From positions 217,498,001 to 217,562,000 of the forward strand of contig NC_086097.1 of the NCBI RefSeq assembly GCF_963921235.1: a stretch of 64,000 bases of DNA, written 5' to 3'. Every line of letters starts with the position of its first letter. The stretch's first letter is position 1. Under the pieces are notes generated by a model, which was not told the origin of the DNA, searched no databases, and saw only the letters and a list, made by a program, of their open reading frames with translations. Made by a program: the position numbers and the translations under genes. Shown in pieces: positions 1 through 13,300 of the stretch. Source of the stretch: Mobula hypostoma. Taxonomy: Eukaryota.

Positions 1-633
1 CATTCTTCTAATCAGTCTAAGTCCTTCTGCAATCTCCCCGCTTCCTCAACACTACCTGGCCCTCCAGCTGTCTTCACTCTAGGTTGCTGCTGGATTTTGC
101 TTCCTGTGAGTGAGTTATGACATGTCCCTGTTAATTTGTTGATGGAATTGTAGGCTTTCTCTTGGTTGCAAACGTCTGACAAATGGAGATCCCGACAAAC
201 AAGCTCCTGTATTATTACATTCAGAAGTCTGATGTCAGTACTTACTATGAATGGCAGAACTAGTCCCCCCCCACTTCTCCAGTTCCAGTTTTAGTACTTC
301 TTTTTTCTTAACTGTCTGCTTTTGATACCATTTATTATAATACTATGAGGCATAGTTACCATCTTGAGTGATTTTTGCATTCTTTTTGACAGCCATATGG
401 GCTTCTGAATGTCTGTAAACTGGAGCCTTTTTTTTGTTTTAAACCCATTGACTGCCTGTACAAGTGAAACTCAGTGCAAAGGGTTTGGTTGCATTATTTA
501 TGCCATTTACCAATCTCTGATTCAAATTTTACCAATCTCTGATTCAAATTTTAATAACCTTGAGTGTTTAGGAAAAGTATGAAGTTGTTTTGGGAATCCA
601 GAATATTACTTGCTGTGGTTGAATTCTATTTAT

Positions 634-768
634 GGTCCTGATGAAGGGTCTCGGCCCGAAATGTAGACTGTTTACTCTTTTCCATAGATGATGCCAGGCC
701 TGCTGAGTTCCTCCAGTATTTTGTGTGTGTTGCTTGGATTTCCAGCATCTGCAGATTTTCTCTTGTAT
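634..768 (+). mobile_element. Solo Penelope-derived hammerhead cassette (older variant)
   Basis: ggtc-CTGATGA-agggtctcggccc-GAAATGTA-gact followed by the conserved gctgagttcctccag...ccagcatctgcaga tail. Confidence 0.8.
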
Positions 769-1034
769 GAAATTTATCTCATGGTGCTACTCAAGAAACT
801 TTGCAGTGTCAATGATTTAAAGAGACGGGCTCAAATGAAAGGTAGAGAGTTCTGCAGTGCCAGACTGACTTCCCTTTCCATTCTGTGGTTATTTCTAACA
901 TTGCTGGATTTGTGGTGGATTGCCCATATTCATTTACCTTGAACAGCAAATAAAGTTTCCATTCCCTTTACTAACAGCATAAGTATTTAAAGTTGGTGAT
1001 GAATCATCTTTTTACTGCTGCACATACCGTTTGA

Positions 1035-1965
1035 AAACCATAAGACATAGGAGTAGAATTAGGCCATTTAGCCCATCGAGTCTGCTCCACCATGACTGAT
1101 CCCAGATCCCACTCAACCCCACACACCTGCCTTCTCACCATATCCTTTGATGCCCTGACTGATCAGGAAACAATCAACTTCCGTCTTAAATATAGGCACG
1201 GACTTGCCCTCCACTGCAGTCTGTGGCAGAGCATTCCACAGATTTACCACCCTCTGGCTAAAACAATTTGCCCTTACTTCTACTCTGGAGGGTGCCCCCT
1301 CCCCCCCAATTTTGAGACTGTGGCCTCTAGTTCTGGGTACCCTCTGATATCAGAGGAAACGTCCTCTCCACATCCACCCTATCTATTTCTTTCAACATTT
1401 GGTAGGTTTCAATAAAATCACCCACATCTTCTAAATTCCAGTGAGTACAGGCCCAATGCTGCCAAACGCTCCTCATATCTTAACACTCCCAGAATCAATG
1501 AACCTTCTCTGGACTGTCTCCAATGACAACACATCCTTTCTGAGATATGGGGCCCAAAACTGTTGACTGTGCTCTAAATGCGGCCTGACCAGTGTCTTAT
1601 AAATGCCCAGCATTATCTCCTTACTTTTATATTCTATTCCCCTTGAAATAAATACCAACATTGCATTTGCCTTCTTACCACAGACTCAACCTGTAAATTA
1701 ACCTTTCAGGAGTCTTGCATGAGGACTCCTAAGTCCCTTTGCGCCTCTGATGTTTGAACCTCCTCCCCATTTAGTAGTCCACATTATTGTTCCTTTTACC
1801 AAAATGCATTATCATACATTTCCCAACACTGTATTCCATCTGTCACTTTTTTGCCCATTCTTCCAATTTGTCTATGTCCTGCTGCAATTGCATTGCTTCC
1901 TCAGTACTACTTACCCCTTTATCTATCTTCGTATCATCTGCAAACTTTGCCACAAAGCTATCAAT
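1035..1965 (-). mobile_element. CR1-type LINE 3' fragment
   Basis: Minus ORF with YKTLVRPHLE..QFWAPYLRKDV..LE.VQRRF, the RT motif FADDTK near 1925-1945, and a CR1-like 3' tail near 1040. Confidence 0.9.
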
Positions 1966-2149
1966 TCCATTAACTTTAGATAGCAGAAGATCACATCATT
2001 TGATATTTTTCCTGCTGCATTTAGCTAGCAGAAAGAAGTCAGTTATATTTTTAATGAGTGATATAAGACACATTTATTTGTGCATAAAATTAAAAGTTTG
2101 CAAAATGGATTATGAGCATGTTAACACACATCATGTTCATTACGAGTAT

Positions 2150-3398
2150 GTTGTCTGCTGAAGGCTAGATCTGTGGCATTCAGGCCTGTACCAGAAAACC
2201 AGGTATGATTTGTGGAGGGCTATTTCAAGAGCAAATAGACAATTTTGAACGAAGTTGGAGGCAACATCGGATGAACGGCAACTCTGGCAGGGTCTGCGAG
2301 ACATTACTTCCTACAAAGCAAAACCCAGTAGCATGAATGGCAGCGATGCTTCACTACCAGATGAACTCAATGCCTTCTATGCTAGCTTTGAAAGGGAGAA
2401 CATAACTACAGCTGTGACGATCCCTGCTGCACCTGATGACCCTGTGATCTCCATCTCAGAGGCCAATGTTAGGCTGTCTTTAAAGAGAGTGAACACTCGC
2501 AAGGCGGATGGTCCAGTTAGAGTACCTGATAAGTCTCTGAAAACGTGTGCCAACCAACTAGCAGGGGTATTCAAGAACATTTTCAACCTCTCACTGCTAT
2601 GGGTGGAAGTTCCCACTTGCTTCAATTATACCAGTGCCTAAGAAGAATGCTGTGGGCTGCCTTAATGACTATTACCCAGTAGCACTCACATCTACAGTGA
2701 TGAAATGCTTTGAGAGGTTGGTCATGACTAGACTGAACTCCTGCAAGGACCTGGACCCATTGCAGTTTGCCTATCGCCACAATAGGTCAACAACAGACTC
2801 AATCTCAATGGCTCTTCACATGGCTTTAGACCACCCGGACAAGACAAACACCTATGTCAGGATGCAGTTCATCGACTATAGTTCAGCATTTAATACCATC
2901 ATCCCCATAATCCTGATTGAGAAGTTGCAGAACCTGAGCTTCTGTACCTCCCTCTGCAGTTGGATCCTCGACTTCCTAACCGGAAGACCACAATCTGTAC
3001 GGATTGGTGATAACATATCTTCCTCGCTGGCGATCAACACTGGCGCACCTCAGGGGTGTGTGCTTAGCCCACTGCTCTACTCTCTATTTACACATGACTG
3101 TGTGGCTAGCCACAGCTCAAATACCATCTATAAATTTGCTGATGATACAACTATTGTTGGCAGAATCTCAGGTGGTGATGAGAGCGCATACAGGATTGAA
3201 ATGTGCCAACTAGTGGAGTGGTGCCGCAGCAACAACCTGGGACTCAACATCAGTAAGATGAAAGAACTGATTGTGGATTTCAGGAAGGGTAAGACGAAAG
3301 AACACATACCAATCCTCATAGAGGGATCAGAAGTGGAGAGACTGAGCAGTTTCAAGTTCCTGGGTGTCAGGATCTCTGACGACCTAACCTGGTCCCAG
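2150..3398 (+). mobile_element. Rex1/Babar-like LINE RT fragment (frameshifted)
   Basis: ORFs 2255-2641 and 2634-3443 with [49 protein letters not shown] and KFADDT. Confidence 0.92.
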
Positions 3399-3600
3399 AT
3401 GGTGATGCAACCAATCAGAGTTCCCTCAATGGAACATCTGTAGAAATTTGCAAGAGAGTTTGGTAACATACTGAATCTCTTCAAACTTCTAATGAAGCAT
3501 AGCCACTCTGTGCCTTCGTTGTGTTTGCATTAATGTAGTGAGAATTGATCCTCTGGGGTGTTGATGCTCAGGAACTTGAAACTACTTATTCTTTCCAGCA
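3399..3600 (-). mobile_element. Rex1-like LINE fragment in opposite orientation, abutting the previous element
   Basis: Minus ORF motif [20 protein letters not shown] is typical of the Rex1-like C-terminal region. Confidence 0.7.
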
Positions 3601-4018
3601 CTATATATGATTCCAGAGTGAATATGTGATAATGTTTGAAAGGATGGACTAAATCAGATAAAAATTAGGATCTTGACGGAAAGCTGTTATTAAAATCAAA
3701 ACATGTTGGTGACCCAACAACTAATGTTAAATATAGAGTTGTTACATCAAGGGTTTTGAGAAAAAGAAGACATCCATACTGAGATTTCTGGTATTGTGAA
3801 ATTAATGTTTTAAATATTGGTTTGGATTGGATTAAAGCTTGAACTGCTGTTCTTTTACTTGCTGAATCATGAAAGCAATGACAGGCCTTTCTTAGGGTGA
3901 AGATTAATTATTGTGAAAAGGCATTAGTAATTTCTCATTAGTCACAGAGTTATTCAAAATAAATTGGCATGAAGCATGTTTGGTCATTTCTGACAAAGAA
4001 TGACTGATCAAAGCATTA

Positions 4019-4177
4019 CACGAGGAATTCTGCAGATGCTGGAAATTCAAGCAACACACATAAAAGTTGCTGGTGAACGCAGCAGGCCAGGCAACATCTC
4101 TAGGAAGAGGTACAGTCGACATTTCGGGCCGAGACCCTTCGTCAGGACTAACTGAAAGAAGAGCTAGTAAGAGATTT
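4019..4177 (-). mobile_element. Solo Penelope 3' cassette with hammerhead motif
   Basis: Reverse complement reads agttagtc-CTGACGA-agggtctcggccc-GAAATGTC-gactgt plus tail; candidate 6 bp TSD gcatta (4013-4018 / 4178-4183). Confidence 0.88.
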
Positions 4178-5524
4178 GCATTAGATTATTTTCTCATGTC
4201 ACAGATCACAGGAAGATCAAGTCCTAGATAGATATCCTTTTTATATGAATGTTTAATGAAAATGCTGTTAAATACAAATTGTCCGGCAATTAACAATGTG
4301 CTGGAGAGATCAATAATAATTGCTAAAGAAGCATGTACAGATGGGTATTGCAGGAGCGCTCATTTAACAACGAAACCAAACTTTCTGTTAAGCAGTCACA
4401 CTATGTCTCATTCCCTAACAAGTTAGGTCCTGCTGAAGTAATAAAAACACAACGTAATTAAGTTAGATGAGCATAAGTTTGAGGGGAAACAGCAAGAGAG
4501 GCAGTTGGAACACATACAAAAGTTTGAAGCAAGTTATGGAGATAGATGTGTTAAATCTGGGAGTGCTCCTGTGAACACCACCTGACAATTACGACATTCA
4601 ATATTGGTCGTTTTGAAAATCTGTAAGAGCCCAGGCGCAGGGTGCTGAGGTAGATTTTTCAGTGTTAAAATGCAAACTCTTCATGGGGACTGCTAATGGA
4701 GAAGACTGACAGATGTGTCAGCTGCTGTCACTCAGAATGTTCCAGATTTAGGGTCTGCTTGTATAAATCAGCTTTATTTTACCCTTTTCTCCATTACAGT
4801 ATCTGCTCTTCAAAACACAACCCTTGAAACACTTTAATCCATCAAGGTACCGTATACAAACGTATGTTCCTTTTCCCTTAATTAAATCCCTCATTGCTTT
4901 CAGTTTATTCTTCAAAAATTGTGGAGCTATTTGGAGCTTTATGGGTATCTTTTCGTATTCTGTTTAATTTACATGTTTTCTTTTGCTTGTGATGAACTAG
5001 CCAAAACTCACTCACTCTTAAACCTGAGTATTAACTTCTATAACATTATTTGCTTATTTTTCCTTTGTTGATGTTTATTAATAAAATTTGGTGACATTTA
5101 GCACTTAGTAAGAAGTGGCTCACAGTACAAGAGTTTCAAATATTTTCTACATTTATTCTACTCATTTTTCCATGTGTGATTTGATTCTGCTAATTGTTAC
5201 TCAGCAGTAACACAATTTGTTTGACCAGGCAGTTTTTTGTTCAGAAGTTACAATTTTGTTCACACTCGCTTTCATTCCTGATTGCGATTCCATTGTATCT
5301 CTGACTGCAGTTTCCATTGATACAGCAATTTCAACTGCTCTTTTAAATGTGAGTTGTGCAGCATTAAGCCCATTATTGAGTTGACAATGATCAAGCAATC
5401 TCTTTAATTCAACCATGAAAACTGAAATGGATTCTCCTTCATTTTGATTCCATTATGAAACCTAAAGCATTCTTCAATCAACAATAATTTCAGCTCAAAA
5501 TGTTCCTGCATTAATTTCACAATA

Positions 5525-8189
5525 CAGGTTTCCCCCGCCATCCGAAGGTAGAGCGTTCCTGTGAAATGGTTCGTAAGCCAGATTGTCGTAAAGCGAAGAA
5601 GCAATTACCATTTATTTATATGGGAAAAATTTGTGAGCATTCGCAGACCCAGAAATAACCTACCAAATCATGCCAAATAACACATAAAACCTAAAATAAC
5701 AGCAACATATAGTAAAAGCAGAGGCTGTATTGCCTCTGATCTGGGCCGACATTTACGTGCTGGGCGGCACCTAATTAATTAGCATGTTTATTTCGGCTTT
5801 TTTCTTGAAGATCTGTTGTGTGCCTCCCGGCTACTGCTGCATTCTCTGCGAATCGGTATCTGTCTGGGGCCTGGGAGTTGGGGTGTGGGACACTGGAATG
5901 TCATCTCATCGTCGTCTGGTTCCATTGAGGCAGGCAGCTCATCTTCTCCTACTGTCCGCCTCGATGTCGAAGGTCGAGGTTCGTCGTCTGCTGTGGCTGA
6001 TGTGGAAGGCTTGCTTGACTGCTTAGCCTCGCGCATTTTTCTATCATCCAGTTCTTTGTAAGCACTCAAACCATCTTGCAAATACTGTATGCCCAAAACC
6101 GACGTACCCTTTCAAAATTAAAGTCGTACTTTATCATTGCAGCGAAAATCTCACGTAGTTGCCTCACGTTCAGTTCCTGGACGACTTCACCTTCGGTCCG
6201 TTTGCTACTGTATTCGGTTTTGATTGTTACCACCACTCTGCTCCGTCTCGCGGAATTAGTCCTTACTCTTAATAATTTCTCCTTTGGCTCCTCCCACTTC
6301 CTCCAAACTAAAAGTGTAGCTGTGGGCGTCCGTATGGGTCCTAGCTATGCCTGCCTTTTTTTTGACTTTGTGGAACAATCTATGTTCCAAACCTATTCTG
6401 GTATCTGTCCCCCCACTTTTCCTTCGCTACATCGATGACTGCATTGGCGCTGCTTCCTGCACGCATGCTGAGCTCATTGACGTCATTAACTTTGCCTCCA
6501 ACTTTCACCCTGCCCTCAAGTTTACCTGGTCCATTTCCGACACCTCCCTCCCCTATTTAGATCTTTCTGTCTCTATCTCTGGAGACAGCTTATCTACTGT
6601 TGTCTACTATAAGCCTACTGACTCTCACAGCTATCTGGACTATTCCTCTTCTCACACTGTCTCTTGCAAAAATGCCATCCCCTTCTTGCAATTCCTCCGT
6701 CTCCGCCGCATCTGCTCTCAGGATGAGGCTTTTCATTCCAGGACGAGGGAGATGTCCTCTTTTTTTAAAGAAAGGGGCTTCCCTTCCTCCACCATCAACT
6801 CTGCTCTCAAACGCATCTCCCCCATTTCACGCACATCTGCTCTCACTCCATCCTCCCGCCACCCCACTAGGAATAGGGTTCCCCTGGTCCTCACCTACCA
6901 CCCCACCAGCCTCCGGGTCCAACATATTATTCTCCGTAACTTCCGCCACCTCCAATGGGATCCCACCACTAAACACATCTTTCCCTTCCCCCCACCCCCA
7001 CTCTCTGCTTTCCGCAGGGATCGCTCCCTACGCAACTCCCTTGTCCATTTGTATGCCCCATCCCTCCCCACTGATCTCCCTCCTGGCACTTATCCTTGTA
7101 GGCGGAACAAGTGCTACACATGCCCTTACACTTCCTCCCTACCTCCCTTACCATCATTCAGGGCCCCAGACAGTCCTTCCAGGTGAGGCGACACTTCACC
7201 TGTGAGTCGGCTGGGGTGATATACTGCGTCCGGTGCTCCAGATGTGGGCTTCTATATATTGGCGAGACCCGACGCAGACTGGGAGATCGTTTTGCTGAAC
7301 ACCTACGCTCTGTCCGCCAGGGAAAGCAGGATCTCCCAGTGGCCACACATTTTAATTCCACATCCCATTCCCATTCTGATATGTCTATCCACGACCTCCT
7401 CTACTGTAAAGATGAAGCCCCACTCAGGTTGAAGGAACAACACCTTATATTCTGTCTGGGTAGCCTCCAACCTGATGGCATGAACATTGACTTCTCAAAC
7501 TTCTGCTAATGCCCCACCTCCCCCTCGTACCCCATCCATTATTTATTTATATACACACATTCTTTCTCTCTTTCTCCTTTTTCTTCCTCTGCCCCTCTGA
7601 CTATACCCCTGGCCCATCCTCTGGATTTTTCCCCCCTCCCCCTTTTCCTTCTCCCTGGGCCTCCTGTCCCATGATCCTCTCATATCCCTTTTGCCAATCA
7701 ACTGTCCAGCTCTTGGCTCCATCCCTCCCCCTCCTGTCTTCTCCTATCATTTTGGATCTCCCCCTCCCACTTTTAAATCTCTTACTAGCTCTTCCTTCAG
7801 TTAGTTCTGACAAAGGGTCTCCGCCCGAATCGTCAACTGTACCTCTTCCTAGAGATGCTGCCTGGCCTGCTGCATTCACCGGCAACTTTGATGTGTGTCG
7901 CTTAATTATGTCTAGTTTTACGCTAAGTGTAACACCCTTATGAGCTCTTTTAGGCTTTTCCGATGCCTCAGAACTCATCTTGCAAACGGCTGCTCACAGG
8001 CACGTGTTTAAGCAATGCCGGCGAGAATGCCGTTCCGAATCCGGGGGAGAGCGGCTGCTCAGGGCGCTCGCTGATTTTTATCACGCGCTGTTTTTTTCTC
8101 GCGTGCTGCTTTTTCTGCGCGCTGCCTTTCTTCGTAACAGTGAAAACACCTTCTGTTAGCGAAAACAGGGAACTAATGTAGGTCTCCTG
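5525..8189 (-). mobile_element. Tigger/pogo DNA transposon derivative (internally deleted, interrupted by a Penelope element)
   Basis: TA duplication (5523-5524, 8190-8191); ends CAGG...CCTG; N-terminal KPKRAHKGVTLSVKLDIIKR (7978-7898) and C-terminal D.NFER / YKELDDRK remnants. Confidence 0.8.
6228..7898 (+). mobile_element. Penelope-like element (Neptune type), 5'-truncated
   Basis: RT motifs (MGPSYACLF, RYIDDC, LPYLDLSV, YYKPTDSHSYL), CxxxxCxxC linker, GIY-YIG (VIYCVRCSRCGLLYIGETRRRLGDRFAEH), pyrimidine-rich 3' region and a mutated hammerhead at ~7805-7840. Confidence 0.95.
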
Positions 8190-8406
8190 TATCAGCAAAG
8201 CTCATTTTGGCTGATTTGGTTGGAGCAGACAAACTTCTAAGCAAAATGTATGATCTTCCACTCAGCATAACTTCTGAGTTTTCCCATTGGCTATTCCATT
8301 TGCTTTAAAATACCGCTCAATTCACTCAGTATACATCACCCAGTTACATGTTGTGCAATTGAAAGAATCTTATCTTTCTGATGCAGCTGGCCATTTCTAC
8401 TTTTTA

Positions 8407-8459
8407 TTTATTATTATTATTATTATCATCATCATCATCATGATCATCATCATCATCAC
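8407..8459. repeat. Compound (ATT)n(ATC)n microsatellite
   Basis: Read directly from the sequence. Confidence 0.9.
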
Positions 8460-10259
8460 CTGTTATGAATCCATGAATTTTGTCCATTTTCTGCTTTTTC
8501 TTTAAAAATGTCTTTCTCCTCTTGTGAAGGAAAGAAGAACCTGCTGTACTTTTTAAGAAAAAATCTGCCGAGCTACCACAGATAAGTAGTCATCTCAGGT
8601 TCATTTTAAAACGTACTCGTCACCACTATTATGTTTTGAAACCCCAAAACATGAATCTAATTGACAGAGAAAAACAGGGAGCCGGGGATAACTCATGTAC
8701 TTTGTTTTTAGTTTTAGCGAGGTGTGACTTATGGCATAGTGGCATAATGACGCACACATATGACATGGTGTTGTAATGACATATGCCATTCACGTACACT
8801 TACATATAACCTGTAATGAATTATGTAAACAACAAAGAATGCTTAAACAATATATTAAAAATATTATCCAATTATTACTGAAATACACAACCACTGTTGC
8901 AATATGATAAATTAATTTCTAATCTATCAATATACTATGAGATGTTCTGTGAAAAGAAGGAAAGAAAGAATTGAAAATTTTACAGTGTATTAGTAAAAAG
9001 TTGCTATTCATGTTCTTTTTACAACAATCAATTCTTTAGATTATTTAATTAATATAAAAATTATTACATTACCGATCTCTCTCTCTCTCCACAATTGCCC
9101 TTTAGCAGTCATTCAGAATCACTTTTGGAAATTAGGAAAACAATTGACAGTTCTATTTTTTTAAAAAATCCTTGTGTGAGATATTGTACATTGCAGTTTT
9201 ATTTTTATCATATCCCCAACCCCATTGGCAACATAAAAAATAAGGAAGTAAGCTCACTAATATCCTGTTTAAGCAGAAAGGCAATTTCCTTGGTCAGTGA
9301 AATTGTTGTAGCTTGTTCTGCTGTTTAAAGCTGTTTTAGATCATGACTTTTACTATTTAAATTTTCAAGTATCCATTTTAAGTGATGTTTTTCTCTGTTT
9401 AAATATCTTTCTTGTTCCACCATCATTAATAAAGGAAGCTTTATTTTTCTAGGGTAAGTGTTTTGATCTCATTTCATAATCTTTTAATTAACTCTCTTAA
9501 CCATATAAGGTGATTGAAGAGTTTCATGTTTAAATTTGCAACGACAAAACACACTTGTGTGTTTAAAGTACCGTTTGTTGTATTTCAGTATGGCATTGTG
9601 GTTATTTATATTTGAAATAAACAAGGTTTGTGGGCTAAATTTTACTGCAGTCTACACAGTTTTGTCAAAATGTATGCTTCGACTGTTCCCACTCGGTCAT
9701 TAGCACGGCATATCACTCAGCAGAATCCCAGCCACAGGACACTCTGGTGAATTCCTTGGGGACTCCAATGGGATAGCACAAACTTCTGCAGATTTCCCAG
9801 CTCTTAGGCGGGAAATGTGCCTGCTGAACATGTCAGGTTACTGTGGCATTGGGACAACGGGGCCATTGTAACGAATAGGAGAAAGGAATAAAATAAGTTG
9901 CTATTATTATTTGATTTATTTTAGTTGAAATATTTTAAAATATGTTTTTGTTTTAATGTTGTAACTTTTAAATTTATTTTAATTTTTATTTAAAATTGGG
10001 TGCTGAGTAGTGTTTGAATATTTGTGAATGTCAGTTGAAGCAGTAGCCTTGCTAGCTACTCTGCCTGAAGATCGGTGGGGGGAGGTGGGGGCTCACGCGT
10101 TATCAAAGCCATTTGTCGTTGCAGTGGAGATAAGTGAAGGAGTGGTTGGAATTGGAGTGAAATTACAAACTGATTGTAAACGTGCAATTTTGCAAATGGT
10201 GAAGCACGGACACAGTCATTTAACATAGCAGAACACCCTATATTCATTCAATAATTGAA

Positions 10260-10392
10260 AGTCCTGATGAAAGGTCTTAGCTTGAAACGACAGCTCTTTT
10301 TCATTCTCTATAGATACTGCCTGACCTGCCAAGTTTCTCCAGCATTTTGTGTGTGTTACTCTGGATTTCCAGCATCTGCAGATTCTCTTGTG
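10260..10392 (+). mobile_element. Old, diverged solo hammerhead cassette
   Basis: gtcCTGATGAaaggtcttagcttGAAACgac plus a diverged tail ending ccagcatctgcagattctcttgtg. Confidence 0.7.
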
Positions 10393-10457
10393 TGTACTAA
10401 GAGGAATCTCATGGTAACATGGAGATTTTATCTGGGATAGTAAAATAAGAAAAAAAG

Positions 10458-11129
10458 ATGAGACCCGACGCAGACTGGGAGACCGCTTTGCTGAACATCT
10501 ACGCTCTGTCCGCCAGAGAAAGCAGGATCTCCCAGTGGCCACACATTTTAATTCCACATCCCATTCCCATTCTGACATGTCTATCCACGGCCTCCTCTAC
10601 TGTAAAGATGAAGCCACACTCAGGTTGGAGGAACAACACCTTATATTCCGTATGGGTAGCCTCCAACCTGATGGCATGAACATTGACTTCTCTAACTTCC
10701 GCTAGGCCCCACCTCCCCCTCGTACCCCATCTGTTACTCTTTTTTATGCACACATTCTTTCTCTCACTCTCCTTTTTCTCCCTCTGTCCCTCTGAATATA
10801 CCTCTTGCCCATCCTCTGGGTCACTCCCCCCCCCCCTTTCTTCCCGGACCTCCTGTCCCATGATCCTCTCGTATCCCCTTCTGCCTATCACCTGTCCAGC
10901 TCTCGGCTCCCCCTCCCCCTCCTGTCTTCTCCTATCATTTTGCATCTCCCCCTCCCCCTCCAGCTTTCAAATCCCTTACTCACTCTTCCTTCAGTTAGTC
11001 CTGACGAAGGGTCTCGGCCTGAAACGTCGACTGCGCCTCTTCCTATAGATGCTGCCTGGCCTGCTGCGTTCACCAGCAACTTTGATGTATGTTGCTTGAA
11101 TTTCCAGCATCTGCAGAATTCCTGTTGTT
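10458..11129 (+). mobile_element. Penelope 3' fragment (pseudo-LTR-sized) with 12 bp TSD
   Basis: End of GIY-YIG, 3' region, intact hammerhead and tail; TSD taagaaaaaaag at 10446-10457 and 11130-11141. Confidence 0.93.
10996..11033 (+). ncRNA. Minimal type I hammerhead ribozyme motif, intact; predicted cleavage after 11028
   Basis: Stem I tagtc/gactg, core CTGACGA (11001), stem II agg...cct, then GAAA-CG-TC with a palindromic ACGT in place of stem III. Confidence 0.85.
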
Positions 11130-11424
11130 TAAGAAAAAAAGTTGTTGTGATTGCAATTACTCATTGACAAGAGAATTGGGTAACATATTCTTTAGAATCA
11201 AATAATCCCAATGTTATGATTTAGATACTGAACTGTTGACAAGTACTACCTAGGTCTGTGGTTTCTGTCTTTGACAAGGAAGAAAGTGATAATTGATATA
11301 GACTAAAATTTAATGAATTCATTGATGTAGACATTTCCTTGCCCTATCTGCTGTGCTTTATTCTAAATCAGGTTTGTGGAAAAACATAATTTTTTTTCAG
11401 ATTTGCCCCATACCATGTATGCTT

Positions 11425-12280
11425 TTTTGTGTATGCGACTCCTCAGATAGTGAAACAGTTCATACCCAAATGCAGCAGGCCTTGGACAATATCCAAGCTT
11501 GGGCTTACAAATGTCAAGTAACATTCGAGCCACACAAGTGCCAGGCAGTGACCAACTCCAACAAGAGATCTCTAACTATCGTCCCTTGACATTCAGTGGC
11601 ATCACCATCGCTGAATTCCCTACTATCAACATCCTGAGGGTTACCATTGATAGGAAACTGAACTGGACTAGCCATATAAAGACCGTGGCTACCAGAGTAG
11701 GTCAAAGGCTAGAAATCCTGTGATGTGTAACTCGCCACCTGACTCCTCAAAGCTTGTCCACCATCTGCAAGGCTCAGGTCAGGTGTGTAATGGAATACTC
11801 ACCATTCGCAGCTCCATCAACACTCAAGAAGCTTGACACCATCCACTACAAGGCAGCTCACTTGATTGGTACCCCTTCTACAAGCATCCAATCCCTCCAC
11901 CATCAACAAACAGTTACAGTACTATCTACAAGATGCACTGCAAGAACACACCAAAGTTTCTAAAGCAGCACCTTCCAGACCCACGACCACTACCATCTAG
12001 AAGGACGAGAACAGCAGATACCTAGGAACTCCACCACTTAGAAATCCCCCTCCAAGTCACTCAACATCCTGACTTGGAAACGTATCACCGTTCCTTCATT
12101 GTCGCTGGATCAGACTCATGGAATTCCCTCCTTAATAGCTGTGTGGGTGTACCTACACCTTAGGGACTGCAGTGGTTCAAGAAGGCAGCTCATCACCACC
12201 ACCTCAAGGGCAGCTAGGGATAGGCAATAAATGCTGGCCTAGATGGTGATGCCCACATCCTGCAAATGAATAAATTAAAA
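11425..12280 (+). mobile_element. CR1/L2-group LINE 3' fragment
   Basis: QQALDNIQAWA..QVTF.PHKCQ, LRVTIDRKLNWTSHI and ICKAQVR.VMEYSP motifs; 3' end gcccacatcc...gaataaa. Confidence 0.8.
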
Positions 12281-12289
12281 AAAATACAA

Positions 12290-13300
12290 CCATGAGATTC
12301 ATTTTCTTGTGGGCATTCACAGTAAATACAAAAAAATGAGAATCATTGAAAGACTGCACCCAACAGGACAGACAAACAACCAATGTGCAATAAGGCAAAA
12401 TGTCTACATTTTAAAAAGAAAAAAAAATTAAATATAATAATAATAAATACATACGCAATACATATCGAGAACATGAGATGAAGAGTCCTTGAAAGTCATC
12501 CATAGGTTGTGGAACAGTTCAGTAATGAGTTGAGTGAAGTTATCTTCTCTGCTTCAAGAGCCTGATGGTTGAGGGGTAATAACTGTTCCTGAATCTGATG
12601 GTGTGAGTCCTGAGGCTTTCTTCCTGATAGCAGCAGTGAGAAGAGAGCATGGCCTGCATGATGGTGTCCTTGATGATGGATGCTGCTTTCCTGCGACAGC
12701 GCTCCATGTAGACGTGGTCAGTGGTGGGAAGGGCTTTACCTGTGATGGTCTGGGCTGTATCTATTACTTTTTGAAGGATTTTCCGTTTAAGGGCATTGAT
12801 GTTTCCATACTAGGTCAATATAACCAGTCAATATGCTCTCCACTGCACATCTATAGAAGTTTGTCTAAGTTTTAGATGACATGCCGCAGCTTCACAAATT
12901 TCTAAGAAAATGGAGGCACTGCTGTGCTTTCTTCATCATGGTACTTGCGTTCCGGACCCAAGACAGATCCTCTGAAATGATAACACCAAGGAATTTAAAG
13001 TTATGTTACTGACCCTTTCCACCTCTGATCCCCCGATGAGGACTGGCTCGTTGACCTCCAGTTTCCACCTCTTGAACTCAATAATCAGCTCCTTGATCTT
13101 GCTGACAATGATTGAGAGGTTGTTATTGTGGCACCACTCAGCCAGATTTTCAATCTTCCTCTTGTATGCTGATTCATCACCACCTTTGATTCAGCCAAGG
13201 ACAGTGATGTCATCAGCAAGCTTAAATATGGCATCAGAGCTGTGCTTAACCTCATAGTTGTAAGTGTAAAGCAAGTAGAGCAGGGCTAAGCACATAGCAC
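12290..13300 (-). mobile_element. Rex1-like LINE 3' fragment
   Basis: Minus IFKLADDITV RT motif near 13200-13230 and a Rex1-like 3' region. Confidence 0.8.

Larger units (their letters stand above)
5130..8892 (-). mobile_element. Decayed Gypsy-type LTR retrotransposon 5' part (LTR ~8627-8892, PBS 8616-8625, gag), split by a Tigger insertion
   Basis: Minus-strand PBS TGGTGACGAG lies next to an LTR-like segment. Gag remnants NWVMYTE.IERYFKANGI, SFAD|IVKLMQEHF..ECFRFH and LTFKRAVEIAVSMETA join across the TA site at 5523/8190. Outer limits are approximate. Confidence 0.75.

Noticed and set aside
506..549. 22 bp tandem duplication (similar 17 bp one at ~49556-49593 and 54 bp one at 18206-18313)
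   Set aside because: Two-copy local slippage duplications with no sign of function.
2634..3443. Long ORFs (269 aa here; also 6347-7186, 19448-20278, 30717-31457, 45323-46045, 54959-56494) as host or domesticated genes
   Set aside because: All are frameshifted pieces of LINE or Penelope RT/endonuclease within recognisable decayed elements.
7111..7509. Selenocysteine recoding in the GIY-YIG domain, as reported for some Penelope-like clades
   Set aside because: Cys positions are TGT/TGC in the copies I read; the TGA stops seen (e.g. ~63066, ~63193) are copy-specific and fit CGA/CGC decay.
9715..9875. GC-richer island possibly a conserved element or old DNA-transposon end
   Set aside because: No matching terminus, TSD or coding signal that I can support without alignment.
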